The translations under genes were made by a program, and so were the position numbers. The notes under the pieces were generated by a model. The model was given only the letters and a program-made list of their open reading frames with translations, had not been told where the DNA came from and searched no databases. From Anaerolineae bacterium (lineage in GTDB: Bacteria; Chloroflexota; Anaerolineae; Anaerolineales; Villigracilaceae), in NCBI GenBank assembly GCA_017303655.1, contig JAFLCE010000008.1:2977-66976 (forward strand): 64,000 nucleotides of DNA, given 5' to 3'. Of this stretch, positions 28,311 to 38,406 are shown one piece after another (position 1 is the stretch's first letter; the number at the start of each line of letters is the position of its first letter).

Positions 28311-29684
28311 TTAATTTTCTTTTTTGGTTAAAGAGAGATCAAGGAAGGGCAATACGAAGAGCCAGAGATGCAGACGGAACATTTCAATGGAAGGCATAAT
28401 GTGCCGCCGCAGACCGGCTGTATCGCCGAAATAACTAATGAATAAAGTGCCCGCTGCGATGCCAAAGAACCAAACTGCCAGCCAAGCCCAGGCAGAGAGT
28501 ATGGCATTGCGGGTTGTGAGTGCTTGTGCCACAAAAGTAAGCACAAGAATCAACGTGAGCAAATAGACCACGCCTGAATCAGGATTAACCATTTCACCGA
28601 TCACAAGAAGAACATCGCGATTCTTTACATCATCAGTGAAGAAGTAGGGTTGGGCGTAATCACTGGTGAGCAGGTCCATGTCATTCCACAAGGTGGTGAC
28701 GATGAAACCGGGGTGCGAGATCAGGAAGATGGCATATGCCTTGGGTGCATTTTCGTCTGCCCAGGCTTGATAGTTGGGTGAATCAAAGTAACTCGGCACA
28801 TCTTTATCGGGCATGCCATATGCTCTGAAGAATTCCACTCGCGCCGGGTAGGGCCAGATGTACGCATCGAGCGAATTCATCAGCGGATAACGAGTCGCAC
28901 GGTGGCTGTCTCTTGCAGAAGCATAGCCAACCACGAAGAACAATGTCAAAATGGCTAGGGCAATATACAAAGGCTTTGCTGTTCTGAATTTCTTGATAAA
29001 GAATAAGGGCAGGGTCAATATCACAGTGATGGGAATGGCATATAAATGCACGTCTCGAACGAAGACCCACAGCAAATACCAAAGGATAAACCCAGCCAGC
29101 AAACTAATGTCTGTTTTGGTTTTGAACGGCTCGTCGGCTGTTGCTGCCCGCAGAATTACTTCAAGCCCCAGCCCGACTAAAATTGCCAGCATCGAAAGCG
29201 AAAGCGACTCTGGGCTGAGGACACTGTCCCATTCGGCGATCTGCGGCGTAAAGCCAAAGATCATCACCACCGTGGCGGCGACGATTTTTACGAATGGATT
29301 TTTCAGCCAGCGCGCTAACATCCACCCGAGAAAGCACCAACCAAATATGGATAGGTAATTTTGTAATAATGCGATCTTGTCAAAACAAGGTTGTAGTTCG
29401 CGCTCATCCTCTTCGCCAATGCCGGGTTTGCCATAAGAAATGATCGGGCATTGAGCCGTATCGTTGGCGAGTTTGTAGATCAGATTGGTAGTGAACAGGC
29501 GCTGTCCGGCGAAGATGTCCCACGAAAAAATGGAGGAACGCGAGGAGTTGATGTAGCTATCCGTCTCGGCGTTGGCGGTGGAGAGGCGCAAGTCGCCGTA
29601 CCAGTTGGCTCGCAGAGAAATGCCAATAGCGAAAATGACCAGAATGATCAGATGTGTGACGTGATTTTTTAGAAATTTCATCAT
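28311..29684 (-). CDS. Polytopic membrane protein, GT-C glycosyltransferase-like (paralogue 2)
   Basis: Many TMs; YGD.LS.A..ETDSY, FTPQIAEWDSVLSPESL, FVRD; ATGA overlap with the upstream paralogue. Confidence 0.6.
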   Translation of the reverse strand: MMKFLKNHVTHLIILVIFAIGISLRANWYGDLRLSTANAETDSYINSSRSSIFSWDIFAGQRLFTTNLIYKLANDTAQCPIISYGKPGIGEEDERELQPCFDKIALLQNYLSIFGWCFLGWMLARWLKNPFVKIVAATVVMIFGFTPQIAEWDSVLSPESLSLSMLAILVGLGLEVILRAATADEPFKTKTDISLLAGFILWYLLWVFVRDVHLYAIPITVILTLPLFFIKKFRTAKPLYIALAILTLFFVVGYASARDSHRATRYPLMNSLDAYIWPYPARVEFFRAYGMPDKDVPSYFDSPNYQAWADENAPKAYAIFLISHPGFIVTTLWNDMDLLTSDYAQPYFFTDDVKNRDVLLVIGEMVNPDSGVVYLLTLILVLTFVAQALTTRNAILSAWAWLAVWFFGIAAGTLFISYFGDTAGLRRHIMPSIEMFRLHLWLFVLPFLDLSLTKKEN

Positions 29685-31048
29685 GAGAGGGGAGCAGTCT
29701 GCGCATCTTGCTGCCATGCCAGGTCTACCAGAATGAGCGGGAAGAGCCACATGCCCAGGCGATAGATCAACGTGGAATACAGTGCGTGGCGGTTCAATGC
29801 CCAGGTATCTCCCAAAATGGTTGGGATCAATGTGAGGCTGGCAGAAAGGAATAACCATACGCATAGCCAAGCCCAGACGCGGCTGTTGGCTGTGTTTCGA
29901 AACGCCAGTAAAACAATTCCCACCAATGCGAGCAGACTTGCCAGAAAGGGCGTTGTATTTTCTGGGTGCAGGGCATTCCCCAAGCCGAATAAATAATCAC
30001 GCATTGGGTTGAGGTCGCGTGCATTAAAATAAGTTTGTTTGATCTCGGTAAAGGCAGGGGCAAAGTCTCTTGCCAGTTTTTGGGCAACATAGCCAGGGTG
30101 CGCCAGCATAAAACGGATCATGGTTGTGCTGCCGTGTTCTTGAAGCCATGGATGGAACGCCGGGTCTAGGTACGAGTCTACGGGCATGCCCATCTCTTGA
30201 AAGATGGCAACTAGCGATGGGTTTGGAAAAATATCATCGATGTATAGGTTATCGATCTGATCCATAGTGCGGGCGCTTGATCTGGCGGTCAAAAACGCCA
30301 GTACGATCACAAGCAGTTGAAAGATTGCAATCCCTTTCAGCGTTTTATTCCTGCGGTAACGCGGAGCGATCATCAGCGCCGCGATTATGGTCACAGTCAT
30401 GATCGATGTGAACATATTGGTATCGCGCAGGAAGGTCCAAAAGAAGGAAGCCACTGCCCAAGCCAGCGCCCAGCCTATTACAGAAGCATCCGGGTCTTTA
30501 TAAAGAAGGAACGCCATTTTTACGAGCAAGGCAAATTGCAATGCAAAGAGCGAAAAGGTCAGAGACTCAGATAATAAGATGCTGTCCCAATCTGCCATTT
30601 GCGGTGTAAATGCAAACGCCAGAATCAGCACCGCACTCGCAATTTTTGCCCACGTGCTGCGTAGGTTCTCTGAAAACAGCCAAGCCAGCAGACCCCAACC
30701 CAGAATCGATAATCCCATTTGCAGGATGACGATCCGATCAAAGCCAGGTTGGTAGACCCGCTTAGTAGTTTCTAGCGAGCCGTTGACTTTAATTTCATAT
30801 CCGTTTTCAGGTTCGAAGATCTTATAAAGCAGGTTAGTCGTCAGCAATCTGCGCCCGGTCCATATCTCGGCAGAGAAAAGCGAAGCCTGAGAAGATTCTA
30901 CATAAGAGATCGTATCATTCCCGGCAATCGATAAAGCAGGGTCGCCATAAAAGCGCAGCCGCAATAACGAAAATACTACGATGATCAATAGAACTGCAAA
31001 AGAGCCCCATAGTGGGCTAACAGATTTAGATGTAACAGCACGAAACAT
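29681..31048 (-). CDS. Polytopic membrane protein, GT-C glycosyltransferase-like (paralogue 1)
   Basis: YGDPALSIAGNDTISY, FTPQMADWDSILLSESL, FLRD; clearly paralogous to 28311..29684. Confidence 0.6.
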   Translation of the reverse strand: MFRAVTSKSVSPLWGSFAVLLIIVVFSLLRLRFYGDPALSIAGNDTISYVESSQASLFSAEIWTGRRLLTTNLLYKIFEPENGYEIKVNGSLETTKRVYQPGFDRIVILQMGLSILGWGLLAWLFSENLRSTWAKIASAVLILAFAFTPQMADWDSILLSESLTFSLFALQFALLVKMAFLLYKDPDASVIGWALAWAVASFFWTFLRDTNMFTSIMTVTIIAALMIAPRYRRNKTLKGIAIFQLLVIVLAFLTARSSARTMDQIDNLYIDDIFPNPSLVAIFQEMGMPVDSYLDPAFHPWLQEHGSTTMIRFMLAHPGYVAQKLARDFAPAFTEIKQTYFNARDLNPMRDYLFGLGNALHPENTTPFLASLLALVGIVLLAFRNTANSRVWAWLCVWLFLSASLTLIPTILGDTWALNRHALYSTLIYRLGMWLFPLILVDLAWQQDAQTAPLS

Positions 31049-31063
31049 TAAGTCTGCTCTACC

Positions 31064-31756
31064 TTACGCTTCCAACGCCTGGTTGATCTGTTGTATCTGC
31101 ATGCTGGTTAATTTACGCGTCTTGGATTCTTCGCGCAGGAATTCCTTGAGGCGTTTTAATTTCATCGCAGCGACGGGCGATTCGCCCGCTTCCACCTCAA
31201 CCTGGTCATGCGTGAACACCATCACAGCTTTTACCTCAGGGATGGCGTTCTCCTCCAAATGCTTCGCGAGAAATTTCTTAACTAGAGCCGTTTCTGTTTC
31301 TGCTTCAATATCTGGGCGACCAATGCCTTCCTGACCAAAAATGCGCATATAGGCTTGCATGAAGCCGCCGCCCTTAACCTTCCAACGCTTTTTTTCAAAA
31401 TACGCCGCCCCAGCTTGTTGATAAGGCAGTAGCACCCAAATGCCAGCCGGTCCGATCAATAAGTGGGAAACCGGTGACGAATAGTGATACAGGTTAAATT
31501 CGCTGTGCAGACCTTTGAGGCTGGTATCAATTTTTTCATCAGGGCGTGGAGAGCGTCCCCAACGGGTGCTCATATACATGCCTATTTGAGTCAGAATGAA
31601 GCCAAGCACAAGGCACACCAGCGAGTAAACGAACCATTCTGGTTTTGTAAAAGAAATGTACATGCCGCCGCCCAGCACAGCCAAGGCTCCAATGCTTAAC
31701 CAGCCGCCGATCTTGCCATTTCGTTGAATCAGTTTTTCGTTTTTGATGATCTTCAT
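31064..31756 (-). CDS. Membrane-anchored NERD-like protein with a degenerate active site
   Basis: Two N-terminal TMs then LKGL...SHLLIGPAGIWVL, resembling the NERD core. Confidence 0.55.
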   Translation of the reverse strand: MKIIKNEKLIQRNGKIGGWLSIGALAVLGGGMYISFTKPEWFVYSLVCLVLGFILTQIGMYMSTRWGRSPRPDEKIDTSLKGLHSEFNLYHYSSPVSHLLIGPAGIWVLLPYQQAGAAYFEKKRWKVKGGGFMQAYMRIFGQEGIGRPDIEAETETALVKKFLAKHLEENAIPEVKAVMVFTHDQVEVEAGESPVAAMKLKRLKEFLREESKTRKLTSMQIQQINQALEA

Positions 31757-31757
31757 G

Positions 31758-32774
31758 TTATTTCTTTAAACTCTCTTCGATAGCGATTTTCATAGCGTCC
31801 AATACTTTTACATCCACGGCTTCTTTTGCCACACGCACGGCATTCTTGATCGCGAAGGCGTCCGAGCGACCGTGCCCAATGAACACAAGTCCGTTCACGC
31901 CGAGCATGGGGGCGGCACCTTGCTCACCTGGGTCAAGCAGCTTTTTGATCGCACTCAATGCAGGCTTTACGAGCAATCCGCCAATCTTTGTTTGCAGGTT
32001 ACCATTTTTAATCAAGCTACGAATTGTGTCTGTAATCAACTTGGCAACGGCTTCAGAGGTTTTCAACATCACATTGCCGGTAAACCCATCGGTCACCGCT
32101 ACGTCCACAGCACCGCCAATGACTTCTTTGCCTTCCACATTCCCAAAGTAATTGAGGTTGGATGCTTTAAATAAAGGCGTGGCACCTTTTACGAGTTCAT
32201 TGCCTTTGCCTTCTTCTTCACCGTTCGAGACCAAACCTACTTTTGGATTCTTCACACCACGCACTTTTTCAGCATAGATGCTGCCAAGAATACCGAACTG
32301 CATCAAATTTTCAGGTTTGCAATCGGGGTTGGCGCCAATGTCGAGCACCACGCAGGTTCCCGTCGCTGTCGGGAAGATGGGTGCCAGGGCTGGGCGATCC
32401 ACCCCGCGGATGCGTCCGAGCCGAAAAAGAGCGGTGACCATGCCCGCGCCGGTGTTACCAGCCGTCACAAAGGCATCCGCTTCACCGCGTTTGACCATAT
32501 CCATGCCGACCGCCATCGAATTTTGTGAATCCTTGGCGCGCGCTTTCAACACCAATTTTTCGCCCTTGTCTTCCATGGTCAACATTTCCGGCGCATGCAC
32601 CACCCGGATGGTCAACCCCTGTGTATTTTGTTTCTCAAGCACAGGTCGCACTTTGCTTTCATCCCCAACCAAAATGATCTCGACCCCATATTCACGTGCT
32701 GCCAGAACCGCTCCCTCTACATCCGGTCCGGGGTGTTCGTCGCTTCCCATTGCATCCACTACGATACGAGCCAT
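31758..32774 (-). CDS. plsX: Phosphate acyltransferase PlsX
   Basis: IVVDAMGSD, AGNTGA, DRPAL, LDIGAN, TDGFTGNVMLKTSE, GHGRS. Confidence 0.96.
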   Translation of the reverse strand: MARIVVDAMGSDEHPGPDVEGAVLAAREYGVEIILVGDESKVRPVLEKQNTQGLTIRVVHAPEMLTMEDKGEKLVLKARAKDSQNSMAVGMDMVKRGEADAFVTAGNTGAGMVTALFRLGRIRGVDRPALAPIFPTATGTCVVLDIGANPDCKPENLMQFGILGSIYAEKVRGVKNPKVGLVSNGEEEGKGNELVKGATPLFKASNLNYFGNVEGKEVIGGAVDVAVTDGFTGNVMLKTSEAVAKLITDTIRSLIKNGNLQTKIGGLLVKPALSAIKKLLDPGEQGAAPMLGVNGLVFIGHGRSDAFAIKNAVRVAKEAVDVKVLDAMKIAIEESLKK

Positions 32775-32798
32775 GAAAAAATCTCCTAATTGATTTGC

Positions 32799-32826
32799 TT
32801 GACAAGAAAAGTAACACGATTATAAT
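32799..32826 (+). promoter_or_regulatory. Consensus sigma70 promoter of tRNA-Leu
   Basis: TTGACA(32799-32804)-16 bp-TATAAT(32821-32826). Confidence 0.85.
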
Positions 32827-32839
32827 ACTGCCTGCTTAC

Positions 32840-32921
32840 GCGCTGGTGCTGGAATTGGCAGACAGGCACGCTTGAGGTGCGTGTGTCGTAAGACGTGGAG
32901 GTTCAAGTCCTCTCCAGCGCA
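32840..32921 (+). tRNA. tRNA-Leu(GAG), CCA not encoded
   Basis: Acceptor GCGCTGG/CCAGCGC-A; anticodon stem CACGC/GCGTG with loop TTGAGGT; long variable arm; T-loop GGTTCAAGTCC. Confidence 0.96.
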
Positions 32922-32922
32922 T

Positions 32923-32952
32923 ACGAACTCCCTTTGGGGAGTTCGTTTTTTT
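32923..32952 (+). terminator. Intrinsic terminator after the tRNA
   Basis: ACGAACTCCC-tttg-GGGAGTTCG-TTTTTTT. Confidence 0.88.
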
Positions 32953-35533
32953 AACCGGGGAGCGTAAAGAAAAATACAGCACCCTTTCCGAGCCCCTCCG
33001 ATTCAACCCAGATCCGTCCGCCATGATACTCGATAATGCGCCTTACCAGTGCCAGCCCGATCCCAGTGCCTTCACTGCTGGCATCCAACTTGTTGAACAG
33101 ACCAAAGATCCGTTCGTGATATACCGGTTCGATTCCCAGACCATTATCACGCACATAAAAAAGCCGCTCGCCTTCCTTCTCCTGCACACCGATCTCGATC
33201 AAAGGCTTGAGTTGTGAGTCTTTAAACTTGGCAGCGTTCTCTACTAAATTTTGGACGACTTGCACAAGCCGCGCGCGATCACCAATAATGGATGGAAGTT
33301 CCGCCTCGACCTTAACCTCAACTTGATTCTGCTGCAATTCACCTTCGACCAGGCTGAGGGCTTCGTCTACGATCTCTTTAAAGGGGACAACTTCCGGCGT
33401 ATTGGTGAGGCGACCAATGCGGGATAGCTCAAGCAATTCATTGAGCAGTCGCTGCATTTTCGTCACAGCATCATGGATCCGCTGAATATCTTTATTTACT
33501 CTGGTAAGGTTGCCACTTTTTGTATCTTGCTCTAAATAACCCAGGAACCCAGAGATCGTCACCAGTGGAGCTTTTAGATCATGTGACACTGTATACGTGA
33601 ATGCCTGCAATTCGTCGTTCTTTGCTTTTAGCTCATTTAAGAGTTGATCAATATCTGAAATGTCGAACACAGTATAAAGTAAGCAGCTTTCAGCCGCGAA
33701 TTGGATCTTGATGACGGAAAGCAGACCGGTACGGATATCTCCACTTTTTGTGCGAAAGCCCGTCTTATATTCATCAACAACTCCGTTTTTCTCCAGCAGT
33801 TCCAACAACAAAGCACGCTCTTTGGTATTACTCCAAATATTCAGGTCTGTGCCTGTTTTGCCGATCACTTCTTCTTGCGAATAGCCTGTGGCTTTGCAAA
33901 ATGCCGGGTTGACATCCAGAATGACTGAATCGGTCATGCGTGAAATGACCATGGGCACAAAGGTATGATGAAAACTTAGATGGAATTTACTTTCTGAGAT
34001 ACGTAATTCTTCATCTTTCAACTGCCGTTCGATAGCAGTGCAAATATTGCCTGCGGCTGCCCAAAGCGCATTTGTTTCTGCCTGAGTCCAGGGCAGGTCA
34101 TTAACAAAATCGTCAAAACCAATGATGCCCCACCATTCACCGTTGACGATCATGGGTACATCTAGAAGGGTTTTCAAGCCTTTCTGCTCGAAAAATTTTT
34201 CCCAATAATCTGGGTATTGAATAGCGCTGCCGTAAAAATATTTCCCGGCACTTAGGCTGTTAAACCAATCTTCGATCCCTGAGATCGGCACAAGCAGAGT
34301 ATTTTGATAGGCGGGGTTGTCTAATTCTGAATGCATACCCGCTGCAACCCATTCATATTTTTGAGAAGATAACATGGTGCCATCGTCGCCGCGATGATTC
34401 TCAAATAGATAGACATGGCTTGCGCCTGCCGCTTCGCCCAGCAGCCTTAATATGTCATTGATCTGTGTTCGCCAGTTGCGGGATTTCAATAACAATTGCG
34501 CCGTTTGTGCCACAGCCCCCAAGATCGCCTCGCGTTGTTTGAGAGCTAATTCTGCTTCTTTTTGTTCGGTGATATCCAAAAACACGCCGTGGATGTACTT
34601 TTGATTCCCATCTTCATCGGTGATGACCACCGATTCATCCCGAACCCAAACGCAGCGCTTATCTTTAGTTTGCAGGCGGTATTCGCTAACCGATTTTTTC
34701 CCCGTACGGATGTAGTTTTCAACGTCTTGCAATACGGTAGGCAGATCGTCCGGGTGAACCAACTCATGCCAAAAGTCTGAGCGGCTCATCCATTCTGCCG
34801 GGGTGTAGCCCAATAAGTTTTCAATGGTTGGGCTGACGTATAAAGGAGTTCCATCGAGGTCGGCTGCGTCACGATAGGTCACAACGGTGGTTTGCTCCAC
34901 CAGTGTGCGATATAAGGCTTCTGCTTCGCGAGTGGATGTTTCAATGTCCAACCGTTTTTGGAGATCCTGGCTGCGGAGAATTAGGCTTTTGTGAAGGGTA
35001 TTCGAAAGCGATTGGATGAAGAAGGCTGTGATCGCCAAAACGCCGCCGACGATGAGAAAGTCCTGCCAGGTTGGGTCGTATCGCGGGACCGGTGTGTACG
35101 CGCCATATAGCTGCCCAAAGATCAACCAGCCGGTACACGCGACTGTCAGGATGGTTAGCAGGATGATGCTGCGTTTTTTCAGGATGAGGCTGGCGATTAA
35201 TAGAATGGAGGGATACGCGATGATCCCAATATCATGGATGCCCTGCCCAACGGTTGCAAGAGCCGTCACCATGATGATCAGGACGACTACAATAACATTC
35301 CCGGTGGCTTGAACCTTGCCGCGGCGATTCAATTCGAAGGCAGCCAGGATCGGAATCAGGCTGAGGGCGGTAATAGCGGCTTCAATTGGATAGTTGTTTT
35401 TGAGGTAAATAAAAAGCAGTACGATCAGACTCATAAAAGCGACCAGGTTGAACCAAAACAACACCGAACGGATCGTCCCCGTATTTTCAGGTGAGTGGAT
35501 TCCCTGGTCGTTGGTTATATGGTCATTGTGCAA
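32951..35533 (-). CDS. Membrane sensor histidine kinase (TM-PAS-GAF-PAS-HisKA-HATPase)
   Basis: H-box VSHDLKAPL, N-box QNLVENAAKF, DNGLGI, GTGIGL; PAS motifs VHPDD and LDITEQK; start uncertain. Confidence 0.92.
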   Translation of the reverse strand: MHNDHITNDQGIHSPENTGTIRSVLFWFNLVAFMSLIVLLFIYLKNNYPIEAAITALSLIPILAAFELNRRGKVQATGNVIVVVLIIMVTALATVGQGIHDIGIIAYPSILLIASLILKKRSIILLTILTVACTGWLIFGQLYGAYTPVPRYDPTWQDFLIVGGVLAITAFFIQSLSNTLHKSLILRSQDLQKRLDIETSTREAEALYRTLVEQTTVVTYRDAADLDGTPLYVSPTIENLLGYTPAEWMSRSDFWHELVHPDDLPTVLQDVENYIRTGKKSVSEYRLQTKDKRCVWVRDESVVITDEDGNQKYIHGVFLDITEQKEAELALKQREAILGAVAQTAQLLLKSRNWRTQINDILRLLGEAAGASHVYLFENHRGDDGTMLSSQKYEWVAAGMHSELDNPAYQNTLLVPISGIEDWFNSLSAGKYFYGSAIQYPDYWEKFFEQKGLKTLLDVPMIVNGEWWGIIGFDDFVNDLPWTQAETNALWAAAGNICTAIERQLKDEELRISESKFHLSFHHTFVPMVISRMTDSVILDVNPAFCKATGYSQEEVIGKTGTDLNIWSNTKERALLLELLEKNGVVDEYKTGFRTKSGDIRTGLLSVIKIQFAAESCLLYTVFDISDIDQLLNELKAKNDELQAFTYTVSHDLKAPLVTISGFLGYLEQDTKSGNLTRVNKDIQRIHDAVTKMQRLLNELLELSRIGRLTNTPEVVPFKEIVDEALSLVEGELQQNQVEVKVEAELPSIIGDRARLVQVVQNLVENAAKFKDSQLKPLIEIGVQEKEGERLFYVRDNGLGIEPVYHERIFGLFNKLDASSEGTGIGLALVRRIIEYHGGRIWVESEGLGKGAVFFFTLPG

Positions 35534-35547
35534 GTAGGCACCTTGCG

Positions 35548-36312
35548 TTACTCATCAATGATCAAGCTGCAGCAGGTCACTGCCCCCTCTGCTTTTGCCA
35601 GTTCGCTCAGATCAACTTCTGCAATCTGGAACCCATGTTCTTCGAGCCGTTTGCGGGTCTTTGGGAAGGTCGTCGGGTAGATGATCTTGCCGCGGACGGG
35701 CAAACAGTTGGCGGCGAAGGGTTCTGAGGCGTCGATCTCGATCAGAGTCAAGCCGGGGAAGTTAGAAGGGTCCACCCAGTTTTTGTTGATCAGCAAAGTG
35801 TTGTCATCCACACGGGTGACCGCTGTTTTTAGATGCAGGCAGTCGGTCATATCGACCATGCGGACGGTATACCCATCGGCACGCAGCGCCTCTTGAAGTT
35901 GATCGGCTGCGGCTTGATTGCTGCGGGTGGATTTCCCGATAAAAATGTTTTTGCCGATTACGAGCACGTCTCCGCCATCGACTGTGGCAGGTTCGGCGAC
36001 GTGTACCAGCCGCCGCACTGGGGCAAGGGCTGGAATGATGCTTTCGATTTCAGGCTTGCGCGAGTCTGCGCCGGGTCTGGTGATGACGGCAAGCTCAGGC
36101 AGGATGAAGGCTGTGTCTTCCACGAAGACCGAGTCGGGCAGGTTCGGCTCTTCAGGAAGTTCAATCACCTGGCAGCCCAATGCCACCAAGGCGTGGACGT
36201 AGGCATCGTGTTGTTGGCGTGCCTTGTCAACATCAATAGGCGTGCGTTCAATATGCGTGATCTCGCACTCGTTAAAGCGTGGACTGACGCGGCGTGTGAT
36301 TGCAAGGGTCAT
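35548..36312 (-). CDS. ddaH: Dimethylarginine dimethylaminohydrolase (amidinotransferase superfamily)
   Basis: PDSVFVED, DGGDV, LHLKT, AEGAVTCCS. Confidence 0.9.
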   Translation of the reverse strand: MTLAITRRVSPRFNECEITHIERTPIDVDKARQQHDAYVHALVALGCQVIELPEEPNLPDSVFVEDTAFILPELAVITRPGADSRKPEIESIIPALAPVRRLVHVAEPATVDGGDVLVIGKNIFIGKSTRSNQAAADQLQEALRADGYTVRMVDMTDCLHLKTAVTRVDDNTLLINKNWVDPSNFPGLTLIEIDASEPFAANCLPVRGKIIYPTTFPKTRKRLEEHGFQIAEVDLSELAKAEGAVTCCSLIIDE

Positions 36313-36321
36313 TATTAATAG

Positions 36322-36705
36322 CTACTTTTCGAAAGATGCGATTGCCGATTGAAGGTTTTCATACATGGGGGCAGTGTGCAGGAAGCCAGTCAGGGAGAGT
36401 GCATGGTATACCTGCGGCGGCGCACTGCACAACTTTATGTCCGCTGGTTGTGTGTCTGATTCGGAAGTGGAATAAAGCTTGTGTATTTTTTGCAGAATAC
36501 GAATGCCCGCACTAGTGAGCATTGCAAGCTCTTCCATTTGAATGATAACCTTATGACTGCCTTGGGTGTGTGCTTCCTGTGCCGCGGAAAGAAAGCTGGC
36601 TTCGCTTTGGGCATCCAGCCAGCCGCGCAGGTAAAACACTGTAATAGGCTCTTTGCCCGGATGTTGTACCTGTTCCGTTGTGACTTTGAAGTCAGAAGTT
36701 GCCAT
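36322..36705 (-). CDS. STAS domain protein (anti-sigma factor antagonist-like)
   Basis: LRGWLDAQS, MLTSAGIRIL, LSLTGF. Confidence 0.85.
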   Translation of the reverse strand: MATSDFKVTTEQVQHPGKEPITVFYLRGWLDAQSEASFLSAAQEAHTQGSHKVIIQMEELAMLTSAGIRILQKIHKLYSTSESDTQPADIKLCSAPPQVYHALSLTGFLHTAPMYENLQSAIASFEK

Positions 36706-36717
36706 GCTGTCTCCTAG

Positions 36718-37482
36718 TTATTGCTCACCTGAGCGGTAGCGATCGATCAGTGCCTTGGTGCGCGGGTCTTTGGGATTGTTGAACAAATCTTCTGGAATAG
36801 AGTCTTCGACCAATTCGCCGTCTGCCATCACGATGACCCTGTCTGCCACTTCGCGGGCGAAGCCCATTTCGTGTGTGACGACGATCATGGTCATGCCTTC
36901 GTTGGCAACCTTTTTCATCACGTTTAACACCTCGCCAATGAGTTCGGGGTCGAGGGCGGAGGTGGGTTCATCGAAGAGCATCACACGCGGCTCCATGGTC
37001 AGTGCACGCGCAATGGCAACGCGTTGTTTTTGTCCGCCTGAAAGACGCATGGGATATTCATCTTTTTTAAAGAACATCCCGACACTATCCAGGTTTTGCT
37101 CTGCAAGTTCGATAGCTCGTTTTTTGTCTATGCCTTTGACGGTTACAGGACCTTCGATGACATTTTCAAGAACGGTCATGTGCGGAAACAAATTGAATTC
37201 CTGAAAGACCATGCCAGTCTTCAAACGGACATCATGCACCAGTTGATTGCGTTCCTTGCCTTTTGACTCGGCTGGCACGTGAACCCCGTCCACTTCGATG
37301 CTGCCATGGGAGGGCTCTTCCAAAAAGTTGATGCAGCGTAGTAAAGTGCTTTTGCCTGAGCCACTGCGGCCGATCAGACAGACTACCTGACGCTCAGGCA
37401 CTTCCACGCTGACGTTCTTCAAAACGTGCAGGCGTCCAAAATATTTATCGAGATTGGATATCTTCACAATAGGCAGGGGCAT
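36718..37482 (-). CDS. Polar amino-acid ABC transporter ATP-binding protein
   Basis: [35 protein letters not shown]; ATG 37482 overlaps the permease stop. Confidence 0.94.
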   Translation of the reverse strand: MPLPIVKISNLDKYFGRLHVLKNVSVEVPERQVVCLIGRSGSGKSTLLRCINFLEEPSHGSIEVDGVHVPAESKGKERNQLVHDVRLKTGMVFQEFNLFPHMTVLENVIEGPVTVKGIDKKRAIELAEQNLDSVGMFFKKDEYPMRLSGGQKQRVAIARALTMEPRVMLFDEPTSALDPELIGEVLNVMKKVANEGMTMIVVTHEMGFAREVADRVIVMADGELVEDSIPEDLFNNPKDPRTKALIDRYRSGEQ

Positions 37483-38330
37483 TATCGGTCTCCCTTGGAG
37501 AGGCGGGCTTCCAACTTGCCCTGGAAATAGGTAAGAATCAGGGTTAATGTCCAATAGAACATAGCTGCCATAATGAGGGCTTCCAGGTTATTGAATTCAG
37601 CGCGCCCGACCTTGGTGGCACGCCACATCAATTCGTGGACAAAGCCCGTAGCAGAAACAAGCGCCGAGTCTTTCGTCATGGAGATAAAGTCATTACCCAT
37701 GGGCGGAATGGCAAATCGCAACGCCTGAGGCAGGACCACACGCCTCATGGTCTGACCGGGAGTCATTCCCAATGCCATGGCGGCTTCACGCTGACCTTTG
37801 CTGACCGAGCTCAACCCGGCACGAAAGGTTTCAGACATGTAAGCGCCGTAATTTAATCCCAATGCCAGCACGCCTGCGACGATGCCGGAAAGGATAATGC
37901 CCAACTGCGGCAGGGCGAGGAAGAAGAAAAATATTTGCAGATACAGCGGTGTACCGCGAATAAGGGAAACGTAAAAAGTACTGATGGCATAAATGGGCGG
38001 GATCTTTGACAGCCTGCCTAGTGCAGCCAGCAACGCCAGAACCGTAGCCAATAGAATTGACAGAACGGAGATCAACAGAGTTTGCCCCAACCCTTGCGCA
38101 ATGAAGGTGATCTTTTCGGACATAAATTCTGTATCGAGCTGAATGGTCTCGTACTGAAAGGCACCCAGTTCGATCACTTGCCCGCTAAAGAGAAAGACCA
38201 GAATTAAAAAAAGCACCCCCCATGAGATACCGACGTGCATACGAAACGAGCGTTCCTTGCGAAGTTGTGCCTGGTATAAAAGTTCCGCCTGCGAACCGGG
38301 CACAATGTCTGGTTTGGCAATGCTAGCCAT
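37482..38330 (-). CDS. Polar amino-acid ABC transporter permease
   Basis: [28 protein letters not shown]. Confidence 0.94.
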   Translation of the reverse strand: MASIAKPDIVPGSQAELLYQAQLRKERSFRMHVGISWGVLFLILVFLFSGQVIELGAFQYETIQLDTEFMSEKITFIAQGLGQTLLISVLSILLATVLALLAALGRLSKIPPIYAISTFYVSLIRGTPLYLQIFFFFLALPQLGIILSGIVAGVLALGLNYGAYMSETFRAGLSSVSKGQREAAMALGMTPGQTMRRVVLPQALRFAIPPMGNDFISMTKDSALVSATGFVHELMWRATKVGRAEFNNLEALIMAAMFYWTLTLILTYFQGKLEARLSKGDR

Positions 38331-38358
38331 ATCTTTACCTCCATGTGTGGAGTTGAAA

Positions 38359-38390
38359 TAAAAAGGGAAGCGGCATGAACCGCTTCCCTT
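38359..38390 (-). terminator. Hairpin/terminator between the binding-protein and permease genes
   Basis: AAGGGAAGCGG/CCGCTTCCCTT stem with a minus-strand T-tract. Confidence 0.7.
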
Positions 38391-38406
38391 CGTTACAAAC
38401 TAATTT

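Noticed and set aside
32840-32952. tRNA-Leu as an integration site for a genomic island
   Set aside because: No integrase nearby, no duplicate of the tRNA 3' end spotted by eye, and a terminator follows directly
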